Positions 12,255-25,316 of a DNA stretch of 64,000 nt are shown in pieces (position 1 is the first letter of the stretch; the number at the start of each line of letters is the position of its first letter). Under the pieces are notes generated by a model. That model worked only from the letters and a program-made list of their open reading frames with translations, was not told the origin of the DNA and made no database searches. The position numbers were made by a program, and so were the translations under genes. The stretch spans positions 1-64,000 of the forward strand of contig JYFJ02001977.1 of assembly GCA_000934665.2 (NCBI GenBank). The letters run 5' to 3'. This DNA is from Catajapyx aquilonaris (Eukaryota).

Positions 12255-13533
12255 TTACAAAAATTTCAAACCTGCAGCTTGAGCAAATTCAATGATCGCA
12301 TACTAATCTTCACAAATAAAATTACTCAACACTAGAAAAACGTCACTCACCTTGTAAAGAAAATTCACCCATATTGTAGATGTAGCACTGCATACGCCAC
12401 TGTTTCGATTAGAAATAGTTCCGGATTTGTAATTTTCACCTGGGCGAACACCAATCCGTGCAATGTACACTCCCGATGTGATTTATTTCAAATTCGTACC
12501 CTACACCTAGCAATTACAACCTGTGGAATTTAGCAATGGAAATTGCCGCAAATCACAAAGCAGACTTTGCGTGAATCAAATATTTATCGATCAAATCGGT
12601 TACAATAGCATGTGCCGCCCCGTTCATTGACGCCCCCTTTTTAAATCCATAAATCCTAATTATGAGACGCCGTCGTCCTTACTGTTCACTACCGGTACTT
12701 ATCTCTTCGGGTACCACCATAAAGAAGATAAAAAAGCCAACGCGACCCGTTCCAATAAAAACCGGAGGGGGAGTAACTCAAGGTCCGGGTCACATAAAGT
12801 AGTCACATTCCTAGATTCCGCCATGGAATTAATTGCCAAATGACCAGTTGGAAATCTCCAATCACTGCCTCATAACCGGTCCTAAGATCGCGATTACCAC
12901 AAGCTACTCACCATGAAACCGATATATCCGGACCTACGAGGGCCTCCTCCAGAGTGGTCGTACAGTCCTCCAAATGTCCTGTCTTGGACCCATCCTACTA
13001 TTTACTAGAAACCACTTGGAAGACACTACACTACTAGTCTGAGTAGGAGTTGAACCTGTCTGGTGCAGGCCTGTTCCTCGACTGCTTACAGCCTCGAGTT
13101 GGTTACTTGGTTTGGCAGCTGCCGACTCCAACGGCCACGCCTCCGCAACGCACCGTTGCCTCGTCATTTGCTTACCACTTGCTATAGGCTGCTGGTAGTT
13201 CAAACACCTGACAATAGTACCATATCAAACTAACCTAACCTAACTTTAGGAGAAATTCGCTCATATGGTGCACCACATCATATGGTACCACATATTATGT
13301 GACTACCACTCATAAAAATTTCTGGATGAAACATATGACTCATGTAGTCTATACTAGGAAATACATGACAAGAATGTGCAGGACAATGTGGCAAACGTGT
13401 GCCTCACCTGCTCAGGTGTGGCCCGACGTCTGCACCATTGCCAGAATTCCTGTCTCAATAGGTATCCATATCGGAAGAGGACATTGTGCTCCTCCAAAGA
13501 GACAAGAGGGGCGTGCCTCGGGGCGAAAACCAT
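12255..13533 (-). CDS. Candidate small multi-exon gene, TEX49/SPMIP11-like (about 81 aa)
   Basis: Exons 13533-13408, 13207-13176, 12933-12912, 12399-12351 and 12271-12255 join in phase, with donors gtgagg, gtaagc, gtgagt and gtgagt. The product contains ATPEQ|VFELP and ends NMGEFSLQGLKFL. AATAAA lies downstream at about 12143. The exon 3 acceptor is weak and the family link is from memory only. Confidence 0.35.
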
Positions 13534-16500
13534 GCAATCATACACCTTATTCTTCGTGTATATCTTTTTTTATTAATCCGGGGGGGTCCACTTTCACTAG
13601 GTATTGTGGCTCAAGTCACACACGGACATGTACTGGATGAGCTAACTATCGGTTCGGGTCAATGTGCATCTGCTGAATACGTCACAACCGGTTTACCGGG
13701 TCATGAAGTCTGACTACGCCCTTTGTATAATAATTATAAAAAAATCCGACCCGTTAACTCACGCTGGTGTTATTGATGCTGTTTAGTGGAGCAACCGATG
13801 TCGGATTATTACCGTAAAATTTGCCGAATTAGTGGTAATAACAGTGCGTTTTTTTACTAGTAGCTAGAGGCAGCGCCAATTAAGCCACAAACTAATTTTT
13901 TTTTGTTTCAAAATCAAACGTGTAATATGGCCCAAATTGCAAGTAAATAGCATAAAATTGAAATCAGCGGCTGTTAAGACATTATTATTTTAAAAAACTA
14001 GCCTCCAGTTTTTTCCATCTCAAAAACCCTTCAATTACTCCAAGTCGCCGTTCAGGTCACGTAACTCGGGTGCCAAACGACATCCCGTGACCTGATGGTC
14101 ACGCCCAACCAGCGTCAGACTTCCTAATGGCAACCCGTGACCACCAATTAATTTGTCACCTTAGCGAGCTTTTATCGGGTCGAATCACGATTGAAATCTT
14201 AAGGGGCTGCCCTCGTGTGCATTTGGAGCTCCAGAATGGGGTGGGGCTACCTTCTGCAGGTTCCCTCCCAGCTTTTTAATTTGGCTCTTGTTGTCCTTGG
14301 GTACTGCACACGTGGCTGGCCAAAATGAACCACACATAAGAAAAAAATCTGGCCGCACCTATAAGCCGCCTATTTTTCCATTTGATGGATGGATCGCTCT
14401 CTGGGTGTATTGTTGGGGGCTGCTGAGGATTAGGGGGTGTCACGAACCAAGCCATGTTGCACGATGGCCATGTCCATGATTTTGATATCTGGCCCTGAGA
14501 CTGCAAAAACCAGATTCAAGTTAAGCACCAAATTCAGCATACAATGGACATTCCAGAATGGGTTGATTATCATCCATGCCATGTAGTTTTAAAAAAAAAT
14601 GAAAAAATATATAGGAAAACTTCATGCCTTTTAAGTTTTCATCTGGCAGCAAATGGATGGAGAAATAGTTCCTGAGCTAAGGTGTGGAATGTAATAATGC
14701 AAAAAGGTGTTGCGTTGGTGTCAAAGTGACCTCATCTGATGGTGGAGAACTTTATCTGCAGTGAGCCCTTTACAAAGGCGACCTCATTTTTGCGACTCAC
14801 GTCTGTCTGGCGTCGCTTCTAAACTTATTGTTCACTGGGATCATTGGGAAATGGGGCCTCATCAACACTGCACAAAAACTACGTTTTTTGGACTTGGAAA
14901 GCCTTGGTTTGGGAAGGGTTGACTTCCTCTCCCATCCTTTCCCCCAGCGTGGGGGCAGACCCAGATGTTCTTCGTGGGACACAAAAGTTGAGGGGGAAAC
15001 TGCTTTCGAAATAAGAAGTCATGTCTTCTGCGAATCTTGAATATATTTCTGTCAGGTGGAAATTTTTATTTATGGCCACTCCTTGAAATCGTAAATCATA
15101 AAAGGAAGCTACATATATTTATGAGACATTCCAATCCTCCTTTGTACTCAATCTAATGTCATGCAGGCATGATATAATACCAGGGGTGGCCAGATATTCA
15201 CCACTCTTTTACATATCAAAACCATGCGCATTTCAAAATCACTCAGAAGCATTACCATGACTATTTGGGTGATTGTAACAAGTGCTTTTGAAACAAACAT
15301 TAGTAGTGTGTAAAATACTTTGTGGTCCAAGCAACCCTCCCTGGGCTGCAGGATAGAGCAATTTATATCTAATTTAATCAGCAATTTGATTCCTTTAAAA
15401 TTAGTTGGATTAGCTTGCTTCAGGTTATGGTTTTGGAAGATTCTTTGTGGACCACATGTTATTATTTGGCCATTAACCAAACTTGTCATGCAACCATCCG
15501 GAAAGAATGAAACGTATCATTGGAAACTGTACCAAAGCACAAAACATATTGCTGTGCCTTCGAATTAGGCATAACTGCCCTCAGTATAGCTGCCTCTATG
15601 CACTAATGCTACATAATTCATTGTTGCAAGACATGCAGGTAGTCATAAATGGTGAATGACAACATGAGTTCAATGCATTCATGCCACCTTCAAGGCAGTT
15701 AAATAATTTTCAGACACTTAGAAGTCTCTTGAAAAGGATCAAACCATGCATTATATCAAATCAAGGCTTCTTTCATGTGTGTGCTTGCACTCTTTAAAAA
15801 ATCTCAAACCATGAGTCCACCCCTTCATATCATTTAAATGGGTTAATTATTATTGTCAATCCCTGTCATGAGAATTATGACAGCATCAGCAGATGAGAGA
15901 TGGACTAGATCAAACTCTTGAAAAATTATATTTCTGCCACTATATCATAGCTCTGCAGCTGCTTTTATGCTCTTTCAAAGTCATCAAGATAACTTGCAAA
16001 TGCCACCTGTAATGCCTGAAAGATGAGATTATCTGAAAAATGGTAAATCCATCTTACTGCTCATTAAACTATAAACAGATTGCCTCCTATGAGGACAATA
16101 CAAGTGATATTTGGAAGCATTCATGCATGAATTGACAGACATTTCACTATATCTTCAGATCTGCATTTCAATCCATATCAAAAAGCTGCCAATGGCCACC
16201 CCTGCGTAACAAGCACACAGCATCATAATTACATTGCAGAGGTGTAACCACCAGTTGGAGACCAATCATGTAGAAAATAGGTTTGTCACTTTACCACTTG
16301 CAAAAATAAATGACAACACCTTTTACAGTATTGTCAACACTTCACAACATTAGCAACACACAGTACAGGTCCCAAGTTGGTGTTAGTCAAAGAAAACGTG
16401 ATAGAGAAAGCAATGAAAGTCACTCTTAAAGTTAATAGCAAACATACACAACCATATTTCAATACTTGTATATACTGTTAATGAATTGAGAAATATCAAA

Positions 16501-16807
16501 GAATGCACAACCTCCATTAGTAAAATGCTCTAAGGTTCCACATAGTAAATGCTCTATTCATGTTACTGTGGCAGCCACAATAGCAAATTAAACTGTACAA
16601 GTGAAAGTTATAATGTAAAATGACGTGAAGTGAGAATACAATAGCCCTACCTAAAACCGTAGAGGCATAAAAACTTGGTCCAAATCTTATTATGGCTTAC
16701 AGCCTACGTGGAAGGCCACCTTAAACATTAATCCAACACCCTGTCCAAATATTTCAGTGTACAAAAAAAAGTCACAGCCAAAAGTGTTCCCTACTCCACT
16801 CTTTTTT

Positions 16808-19800
16808 TTATATGACAGTTGTTGTCTCCAAACCAGTGCAGTCGGGGTCATTCACTTGGACATGCCTGTACCTCCCAGACACGTGTTGGCACCAACGCCT
16901 GCCCCTGAGACATGGCAATGAGTTCAGATTCCTCTCAGCCCTGGAGCTGAGGGAGACAGTGCGAAGTTCTTGTGACACCTGGCTCAGGGTCTTACCCCTA
17001 GTCTCAGGAACTACCAAAAATATAAAAACGGTTGCAATGAGGCAGAGAACTCCATACGTCAGGAAGGTTCCTCCCAGACCAACAGCATCTATTCAAAAAA
17101 TAAAGAGGGCAATCTTAACATGTACAATATGTGGAGTAATAAACTGTGCCATTAAATTTCACTTAATGATTTCACTGATCATCAAAATTATGTAGCATTT
17201 ACAACTCACCTACAAACTGCAAAAAAGTACCCGACACCAGCAAGTTGGCAGCCCAATTAAGTGCTGTGGCCAAGGCAATGGCTCTTCCCTTAACGGCAGT
17301 GGGGAAGATCTCACTCAAGACCAGCCAGGTGACAGGACCAAATGAGAATGCAAAGCAGGCCACATATGACATCAGAGACAGCAGAGCAATATATTTCAAT
17401 ACTTGGGAGATTCCTCTTGCACTTGAGCCACATCCTGGTCTGTACATTACATCAGTCTCAGCAATTGGAGTAGGTAGCATTGGAAATGCTGTTGTGAATG
17501 TCGTTGGAAATACTGGCCCAGAAATTATCTGTCCGTCCACTTCTTCTGCTTGCACTGGTGCTGGGGCCAAGAATTCGAAATTGGGCAGTGAAGTTGTTGT
17601 GGATGAAATTGAGATTGTCTGGTTTGAGCCCTGGTCAGAACATGTCTCCCTTGAACCCGAGACTGCTCCAGATGTCTGTTGCAAAGTTGCCACCAAGCCA
17701 AGAAGGACGATGCTGGCCATCATGCCAATTGTGCCGGCCAAGAGGGCAGAACGACGGCCAACCTTGTCGATCATAGCCACGGACACGCATGTTGACGCAA
17801 ACTGCACAAAAAAGTTATAACAAGATATTAGGCCTGCAAGGTAATCCACAACAACAACAACAACAACATCACGACATTTCCCTATGAGGGGTAGTCAGCG
17901 ATGAAGGGAGATGCAAGCTAACCCAACATATGAACTAATAAAACTCATGAGAAAGAACCTAAAAACAACCTGTCCCCCCCCCGCCCACCTCAGACAATGG
18001 GTAAATAGGTAAATATGTCTGAGGATAAGGCAAGGTAATCCACAAATGCTTAAAATGACCAAAAGTTACTTTTTGAACATGGACTGTATGACATAATGAA
18101 ACAATACAGAATTTTCAACACATTTGGACTTTCAACGTATAAAAGGGAGACTCAGCAATTACAATAAGCACTCTGCATGTATTACATAAATGTCCACCAC
18201 AAAAATGTATCTACTTATAGCATTTGACAAATTGACATAACAAATTGATGCACTTAAAAATTCTGGTTTCAGCATTATGACATGTGCACACTATCCAGTG
18301 TCACAAATTCCCTACCTTGATGATTCCTAGTCCAACTGAAGCCAATGTAGAAGCTGCACCTCCACAAAAACCAACAAGTTGAAAAATCTCCGGGGCATAA
18401 TAGAGAATGTTTGGTTGCCCTGTGATCTGTTGGAAGAAGACCAACCCCATTCCAATGAGCAACCGTCCCTGCATGTTGTCCAGGGGGCTGCACACAGTGC
18501 AACAGTTCTGATCTTGCTCGGCAGAAAGTGCAAGCCTCACATTGGCCATTTCTTGCTTTACATTGCCCTGATCTTCATCTTGATTCCCCTCTTCCCCCTT
18601 CTCAACTCCTCGCAACCTTCGTAGTACAGACTCAGCTTCTGCTTCACGCTTTCGAAGCATCAAGAAATGAGGACTGTTTGGAAGCATCAGCATAGCAATG
18701 CCTGTAAAATAAAATTTCCATAAAATTTTTAAATATCAAGCTGGTAACAAATTAACTTCCTTTTATCTATTCCATTTTCATTTGTTTATAACATAAGATG
18801 TTGGTTAGTCTTAAATGTGCAATAATGCTTGGTTCATCTATGCATTAATTTAAGTCAATAACTGCAGAAAAAAGAGAAGTAGTGCAAAGTAGGTCGTATT
18901 CTCAGAGTAACTCATGTGCACATCAAATAATTGTCAAGCAGCATCCAATAAATAACTGATCAATGTAAAGACCTGTTTACAAGGGGTCACACTAGCAAAA
19001 CATAAATGTAGCCCACCAACCAGTGTGGAGATTGACCTGCCACAGCACATGTAAACAGGCCTTGAGAAAGACAACAATAATTATTATTCATTTACATAAC
19101 TCTCACACAAAATGTCTGTCATCCTGGGAGTACACTGACCTTGAAGGAGAGCAGGAGCTGCCCCTATCCCAAACATTATTCTCCAGCCATTGTGCACCCC
19201 AACCAGTGCATAGTCAGCGACATATGCCAACAGGAAGCCCAGGGTAATAGCGAGCTCATTGAGAGACACAAGTGCTCCTCTAGTAGCAGCAGGAGCCACC
19301 TCTGAGATGTACACACATTCAGCCACAGCAGAAAGGGATGCTGCAAACCCAACCAGTGCACGCCCACCCAGGACCCAACTGTACGTGGGAGCCACTGCAA
19401 GGGAAAGGGAACCAGCCAAGAAGGTTGCTGCAGTCCCCACAATTGACCAGCGCCGACCAATCCGATCAACTATGACACCTGTAATATGAGAAGAGACTGT
19501 GTTAGTCATCAGGTATTGCTCATTGTACATATTCATAATAAAATGTGCTATTTTAAATGCAGCACACCTTTTGTGTGCTTTTGTGTGTACTCAACAGCGG
19601 CATTAGCCCAATAAGAAACTGACAAATCCAGCAGTAACTTACATATGTTGCCAAGGTGGCATCAAGGTGGTAACAAGGAGGAGTAAAGTAAGATCCGGTA
19701 AGATCCACGTCAATTTGGGCCTTGAAAATCTGGCCACCTTAGCAATGATCACCACTGACTGGGACTGACTTTACTATATTTTTCAGCCGAGCTAAGAAAC

Positions 19801-20237
19801 CTTAGCATTTTAGCAAAAATTACATTCTTCACAGACCCTTAGTCAGGTAGTTCCGGACCACATGCCTGTTGAAAGTGTGTAAGTCTCTCACCTCCAAAGA
19901 CAGATGCAGCAAGAGCCCCAACAAGCATGACACTGACAACCATCTCCCTCTGCAAACAGGTCAGACCCAGGTCATCCTTCAGCTGCAGGACTGCACCCGA
20001 CACGATTCCAATGTCGTAACCGAAGAGGACTCCCCCAACTGCGGCCATGCAAGACGCAACCAGCACCAGTCGGTTGCCCTTCTGTCCTCCGCCTCTCTTA
20101 GCCCCTGCCTTGTCATTGTCACCGCAGTGGGTGGCCGGCGTGGCAGCATCCCCGTCGACAGCGGCCCCACTCGCTGTCCGACTCGAGTCAGACCCAGCGG
20201 GAAGCAGGATGGCAGTGTCCTCATCCTCAGACATCAT
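16808..20237 (-). CDS. Class III facilitated glucose transporter, SLC2A10/SLC2A12 (GLUT10/12)-like
   Basis: Exons 20237-19892, 19478-19140, 18701-18316, 17801-17210, 17088-16808, all GT-AG. Sugar-porter motifs present: [74 protein letters not shown]. It has an N-terminal dileucine (DTAILL) and a long loop 9 with an NQT glycosylation site. Confidence 0.93.
17852..18029 (-). mobile_element. Short RTE-clade retroposon 3' fragment with (TTG)n tail, 5' inversion and 16-bp TSD
   Basis: Flanked by direct repeats GCAAGGTAATCCACAA at 17836-17851 and 18030-18045. The reverse complement of 17852-17995 matches the 3' UTR and tail of the element at 39598-39800. Confidence 0.85.
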
Positions 20238-20631
20238 TGGTGAGCTGGTTTAACACCCTCTCTGATGGAAACGGGGTCAGCATATACGGCTCTATCGGCT
20301 CGGACCCAGCCAACCCAGCCCAATACGACTCAAGCATGTGGCCAAGGCATGCTCCCTGCCGCCTCACCCTGAGACACCGGATGACCAGCTGCTGATCCCT
20401 GCACAGGGCCACTTTCCTCCGGAAATTATGAAGAAAGTTGTTGGACTAAATATGCATGGACGCGGCCATCTTGCCGATGTGAAAAGGAAGCGTAGCTGCT
20501 GCTTCACTCTTCACAGCTGTAGATATAGAAATAGCCATTTGAAAGTAGCAAGAAGCTATTACAGTACGGTACCGTAAAAATGCCCATGACCTTAATAATA
20601 TATTGTTGTTAATAAATATGTTACTGGGGGC

Positions 20632-20681
20632 GTTACCGTAGTGATGGCACAAGTTCTTAGTTTAGAACGCAAATTATCAGT
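20632..20681 (+). promoter_or_regulatory. RFX X-box-like motif and TCAGTT initiator upstream of CIMIP2C, in the divergent GLUT/CIMIP2C promoter
   Basis: GTTACCGTAGTGAT at 20632-20645 resembles the X-box GTTRCCATRGYAAC. TCAGTT at about 20676 matches the arthropod Inr. The ATG is at 20773. Confidence 0.4.
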
Positions 20682-20772
20682 TCTGTCTTGATCAGTGTGG
20701 ACCACTAGTTGTGCAGTTCTCATAGTTTCCTCCGGTGGAAACCTCAAAATTTTTTGTCCAAATTAGTTCACA

Positions 20773-21989
20773 ATGCGTGACACTTATGGGCTTCATGTGG
20801 GGGAGATGAGGAGTACCTACAATGCGGACTATGTTCCCCCAGCCCTCCAGCCTGGGTACATGGGCCATTGTCCGTCGATCAATCTGGGATTTGGCTCGAC
20901 CTTTGGAGGAGCTACTAAAGAATACTTTCAAGACTATCGAAATGAAATCCTCACCTACAACACAGTATGTATTATGGACTAGTTAAACTTCTCTGTAGTA
21001 GTTGCTCACCAAATTCACAATCATTGCGTTTCAGAAACCCGAGTACCTCTATGGAAATTTAGCCACTCAATTCTCTCCGCTCGCCAAGTCAGTGTATGAA
21101 TTTAAGGAAAGAAGAAGCGAACACCTGACCCCCAAGATGCCCTACAGGCTGACCAATTGTGACCCTACACGCAGAAAGGTGTTGGACATCTTCTACCAGG
21201 TTTGTGGACTAATATTCAGTTCTTCATATGATATACCAAAAAAATTGTACAGTACTTTAAAAATTCAACATCATTAACAGAAAATTTGATCTAGCTTTCT
21301 CAAGTCAAATTCAATTATTACTATTTTCCTAAATGCCACAAAAATATATGAGTGCCCAACGTGTTGCTAGGAGCAGACATTCTGGTGTAGTAGGCAGAGT
21401 ACACAGTAGAGAGAGGTTTCAGTGTGCTTATACTGTTGAATTTTAGTCAGTGCAGAATGAGCGCAAGTACTACAAGGACCGGACAGGGAAGGTACTCCGA
21501 CCTAGGGAGTTCGTACTGCCTACGTCATCCCTTGACACAGCAATACTGACACGCAGGGAGTAAGTATTCTGGGATTAGCATAGATTCCACTGACAAATGA
21601 TGCTTTTCCATCTTTTCAGTGTGAAGCACCTTCTAGATCAGCAAGACTACGAGGCACGAGAGAGTGGTGCTATGCTCTTTCCCAATCCAACCGCTTTCTG
21701 TGATTGCCCCGATAACATGGGAGGCAAAATACCCCCAGTGATCCTGAAGCCACCTGGGTATTTCCGGGCTGCATGTGCGTGCAAGGAGAACATTACCCCA
21801 ACGCGGTATTGGCCTGAGTATTGCTCCATGCCCCACAAGTTGGGTCCATACCCACCATGCAATGAGATTTATGGCTGCCACTGCCCACTCAAGGAGAAGA
21901 ACCCTGACTGCCCCTGTGAGTTTGTCTGCAATAGGTACTGCTACATCAAGGGACTGGCTCCCAGGCCAAGGCCAGGATATAACTGTTGA
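20773..21989 (+). CDS. CIMIP2C: Ciliary microtubule inner protein 2C (FAM166C/C2orf70-like) with a Cys/Pro-rich C-terminal extension
   Basis: Exons 20773-20964, 21035-21199, 21447-21559, 21620-21989 join in phase. It has the FAM166 motif PGYMGHCP..GSTFGGAT..YFQDYR and LDIFYQSVQNERKYYKDRTG. AATAAA lies at about 22016. Confidence 0.8.
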
Positions 21990-23273
21990 GATGGCATAGG
22001 AACTTTAGGATGCAAAATAAATCTGTGATGAAATCGAGTAAATGCATTTTTATGGAAAGGGGAATTTGGAAATTTGGAACTGGAACATGTTTGGCTTCTG
22101 ATTCTTGAAAGAGGGTATGCACTAACAAGTACTGGTTGTATGAAAACAAAGGGGAAATGTCAGATGATGTATAGTTATTCACAATGCAAAATCTGACATA
22201 TTAGGTGACTTTTCTACTTAATTTGCTTTTATGCAACTGGTGCTAAGTAGTGATCATTTTCATCTTAATTATCTAACTTGAAATAATTATTCTCAAGTAC
22301 CATGAGATGTGGATTAGTGAAGGCACCTTTAATCCTGCCACATTTCACAAAATCTTAATGGAAATTATAAGCATAACGTAACAAATAAAAAAACACGCGG
22401 GTGGCACTATCAAGAGATTGCGATACAAAATTTGAATATCAATTTCTAATTAGTGGTGCAAGAAAGGCAATGTCAAGAGGTCTGGAAGTGTCTGAAAAGC
22501 AAATCATCATTCATTAATCAGTATGCAAGAAATGAACATAAAGGTTATAATTATTTATCATACAATTTACACCATAAACATTTGATAACATAAAACTTAT
22601 GAAGATGTATAATAAACTTTTTGATTCCCACAAACTTAATACCCTAGAACCTTGACACCATATAATTATTTAAATGATACTTGGTTCCAATATTGCATGA
22701 AGGGTGTCTGATAAGTAACGACTCAAACATGCCTCAACATAAATGCTGGTTCTAAGAAGGCTGAAAAGTATGGAAAAAACTTCAAGCAACTGAATAACAA
22801 GTGATTTAAATTCTCTGAGTAGGCGAAAATGATGCATTACACAATGTGGGGCAGACTTGAACCACTTTCACATGATTTGCAGAACATTTAACGGGGACAG
22901 TGGCAAGCCACCTCATGCAACAAGGTGAGACACTATCACATATTCACAGTACAGGATCTCCCCTGCACAAGAAGAGTAACTGACAAAGATTAGTGAAAAT
23001 GAGGCATGACAAGTACTGAAATCTCTTCATGAATCATAATTCAACAGTGAAAAGCATGCCTTTTACAAAAAATGGTGCAAAAAATATTGAAGATATTCTG
23101 CATATGTCATTTTTAACTGGTATAAAACTCATCCACAAAAAGCATATTGCCAACAAATTACCCACCCCACTCATACTCCTGTTCAGGATGCCTAAAAATG
23201 ATTTGAAAGTGGTATGACCTGGCCATGCTTGCGTCTTTCCTTAACAGCCACCATTTGATAATACCTGCAGCTC

Positions 23274-24580
23274 TCACTGTTGTGAGTGGATAAATTTTTT
23301 ATGCCTGAGAACTATCTCTTCCACTATGAGTTGTTCAATTTCGGTCTTTGCTGATTGCTGCTGAGGGGTCAGCTCAATGGGTGTTTCTGCATCTGGTCCA
23401 ACCAGTACCACACGTCTAGCTCGAGTCTGGAGGATATTTGCCACTACCAGCTGGTGGTGGTACTTTTCAAGTGCTGCTCTTGCCTTCGATATAACAAGGG
23501 ATTCATCTGTCTCCAGCTGAAAGAAAATTCTATATAGGCTACAGTATTTACTGAAAGGGCTAAAAATAGAACAATTTGTGAATAACTAACACATGTAAAA
23601 CATTAACGTGGTAATTTCCAAACTTATGCTGCAATCCAGACATAGCTTCCCTACACAAGATGATTCGGTATCGTTTTCATTAAAATGGACAACAGCTGAA
23701 TGCCATTACCTTGAATGAAACAACATACGCCTTGGCTGCCCAGATGGCAGTAAGTGGCCGGAGCATCTTGGGCACCAGTTCCAGCCGAATAGTTGGGGCA
23801 CCTTCATCCGAGTGCATCTTATGTTCAGGCATTCTCTGTGGTGGGATGTAAAAGTCAGACACTGCTGCTGCCAAATACAGGACTGCCTTGGATCCATAGG
23901 GTGCCACTGCTTCAGATGCAGCTCTCAGGAGCCACAGGTAGTCAGACAAAGTTGTGAATGGCTGTGCCATAAACATGGAGTCGTTACCACTGCAGTATTG
24001 ATGGTACTCTCTCAGTATGTCCTTGACTTTTGGAGCATAATCAGGTCTGACACAAATGGAATCACCTTTTAATTCCAGTGATTTAAGTGCATTGAGCCCA
24101 CCAATGTGCCGCCCAAAAGGCATAAGGCTGCCCCTGCGATGCAAGAATAGAACAGCATAGCCTTTTCGCAAGAAATGTTCTGCGGAGCATGAACCACGCG
24201 TCCCTGCACTAAAGTTGTCCACAAATCTAACAGTGTTGTGTTCCAAGGGCACCGTAGTCCCTCCCGAAGTCACAAGGACTGTGGGCGTACTGCTGGAAAG
24301 ATGCAGGTTGCAAAAATCCGTCAGGGCCGTTGCTATGGATGCATAGTCCTGGGGAGGATGATTGGCTGCAAAGAATGTCTCCCATTCTTGCACCGCATCT
24401 GTAAGCGCAAAGCAACGGAGTACAGTCATCTAGCCAAGAAGAATGACTATTGCATTCGGGCAACAATTATTTTTCAACAGCTTGAGAATCGTGAACACTT
24501 TATTCTGAAGCAATAATATTTCATAAGCAACGGAATGGTGAGTTGGTTGATGCAGCAATTGCGCAACCTTCACCTCTCAT
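23274..24580 (-). CDS. PPCS: Phosphopantothenate--cysteine ligase (about 312 aa)
   Basis: Exons 24580-24574 (ATGAGAG), 24398-23710, 23516-23274. Motifs: VLVTSGGTTVPLEHNTVRFVDNFSAGTRG, YLAAAVSDFY, VPKML, VSFK|LETD, VVANILQTR. Confidence 0.96.
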
Positions 24581-25316
24581 CTTCCCAGCGGCCTTGAAGA
24601 TCGAACTGCCTCTTCACACCCTATGCTTCCCCCCAAAATCACCTACAAATTGAGCCGTCAAATGAACACTAATATGGGGCTGACAAGGCCAGTTTAAGCC
24701 CCCGGCCCATTGCGATTCCACATTCGAAATCGTCCCCCAAAAAATCAAGGAGGAAGAATATTTACCGCTGTTCTCCATTTTGTGCCGGCAACCCTGCACA
24801 TTTCACTCCCCCACCGCCCTTATCGAACTGTAACATGTTTAGGCACATGTTTATGCTCTCAATTACATTTTCCACTTGGTTTTAAGTTATCTGATTTGCA
24901 CAGTTAATTTGGCACATTATTTGTGTGCTGTTGTGGTGTGCAAATTAGTGCTGCAGCGACGGCGTACTTTTCCCGCCACATATATATCCACATACTATTC
25001 CGCTCTTATCCGCCCGTTTTATGCCAAACATTCAGTAAATCATGCCACATCTGTCCTATTGCATGCCTGGTTTTAAACTAATCTAATGAGGGAGTCGCCA
25101 ATTTGCACGTTTTGGGCAGTGCCATTGATTGCTGGTTGTTTCCGGCGTGGACGGCGTCCGACGGTGGCTCCCTCCCTGCAGGCGCGCAATATATGCGGCG
25201 CAGGCCCACTTCTCCCCCTCACTTTTCGGACTGGCTTTGCGGTGGGGAACACGTGGTTTTAGGTGTCGCAGGTCTGTCGGGTTTGAGAGGCTGCGGTCTG
25301 GCCCAGGGGCGGAACC

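Noticed and set aside
14702..15040. Plus-strand frame with one in-frame TGA (possible selenoprotein) and LRR-like LRFLDLESLGL
   Set aside because: No start codon, no selenoprotein motif and no SECIS that I could identify.
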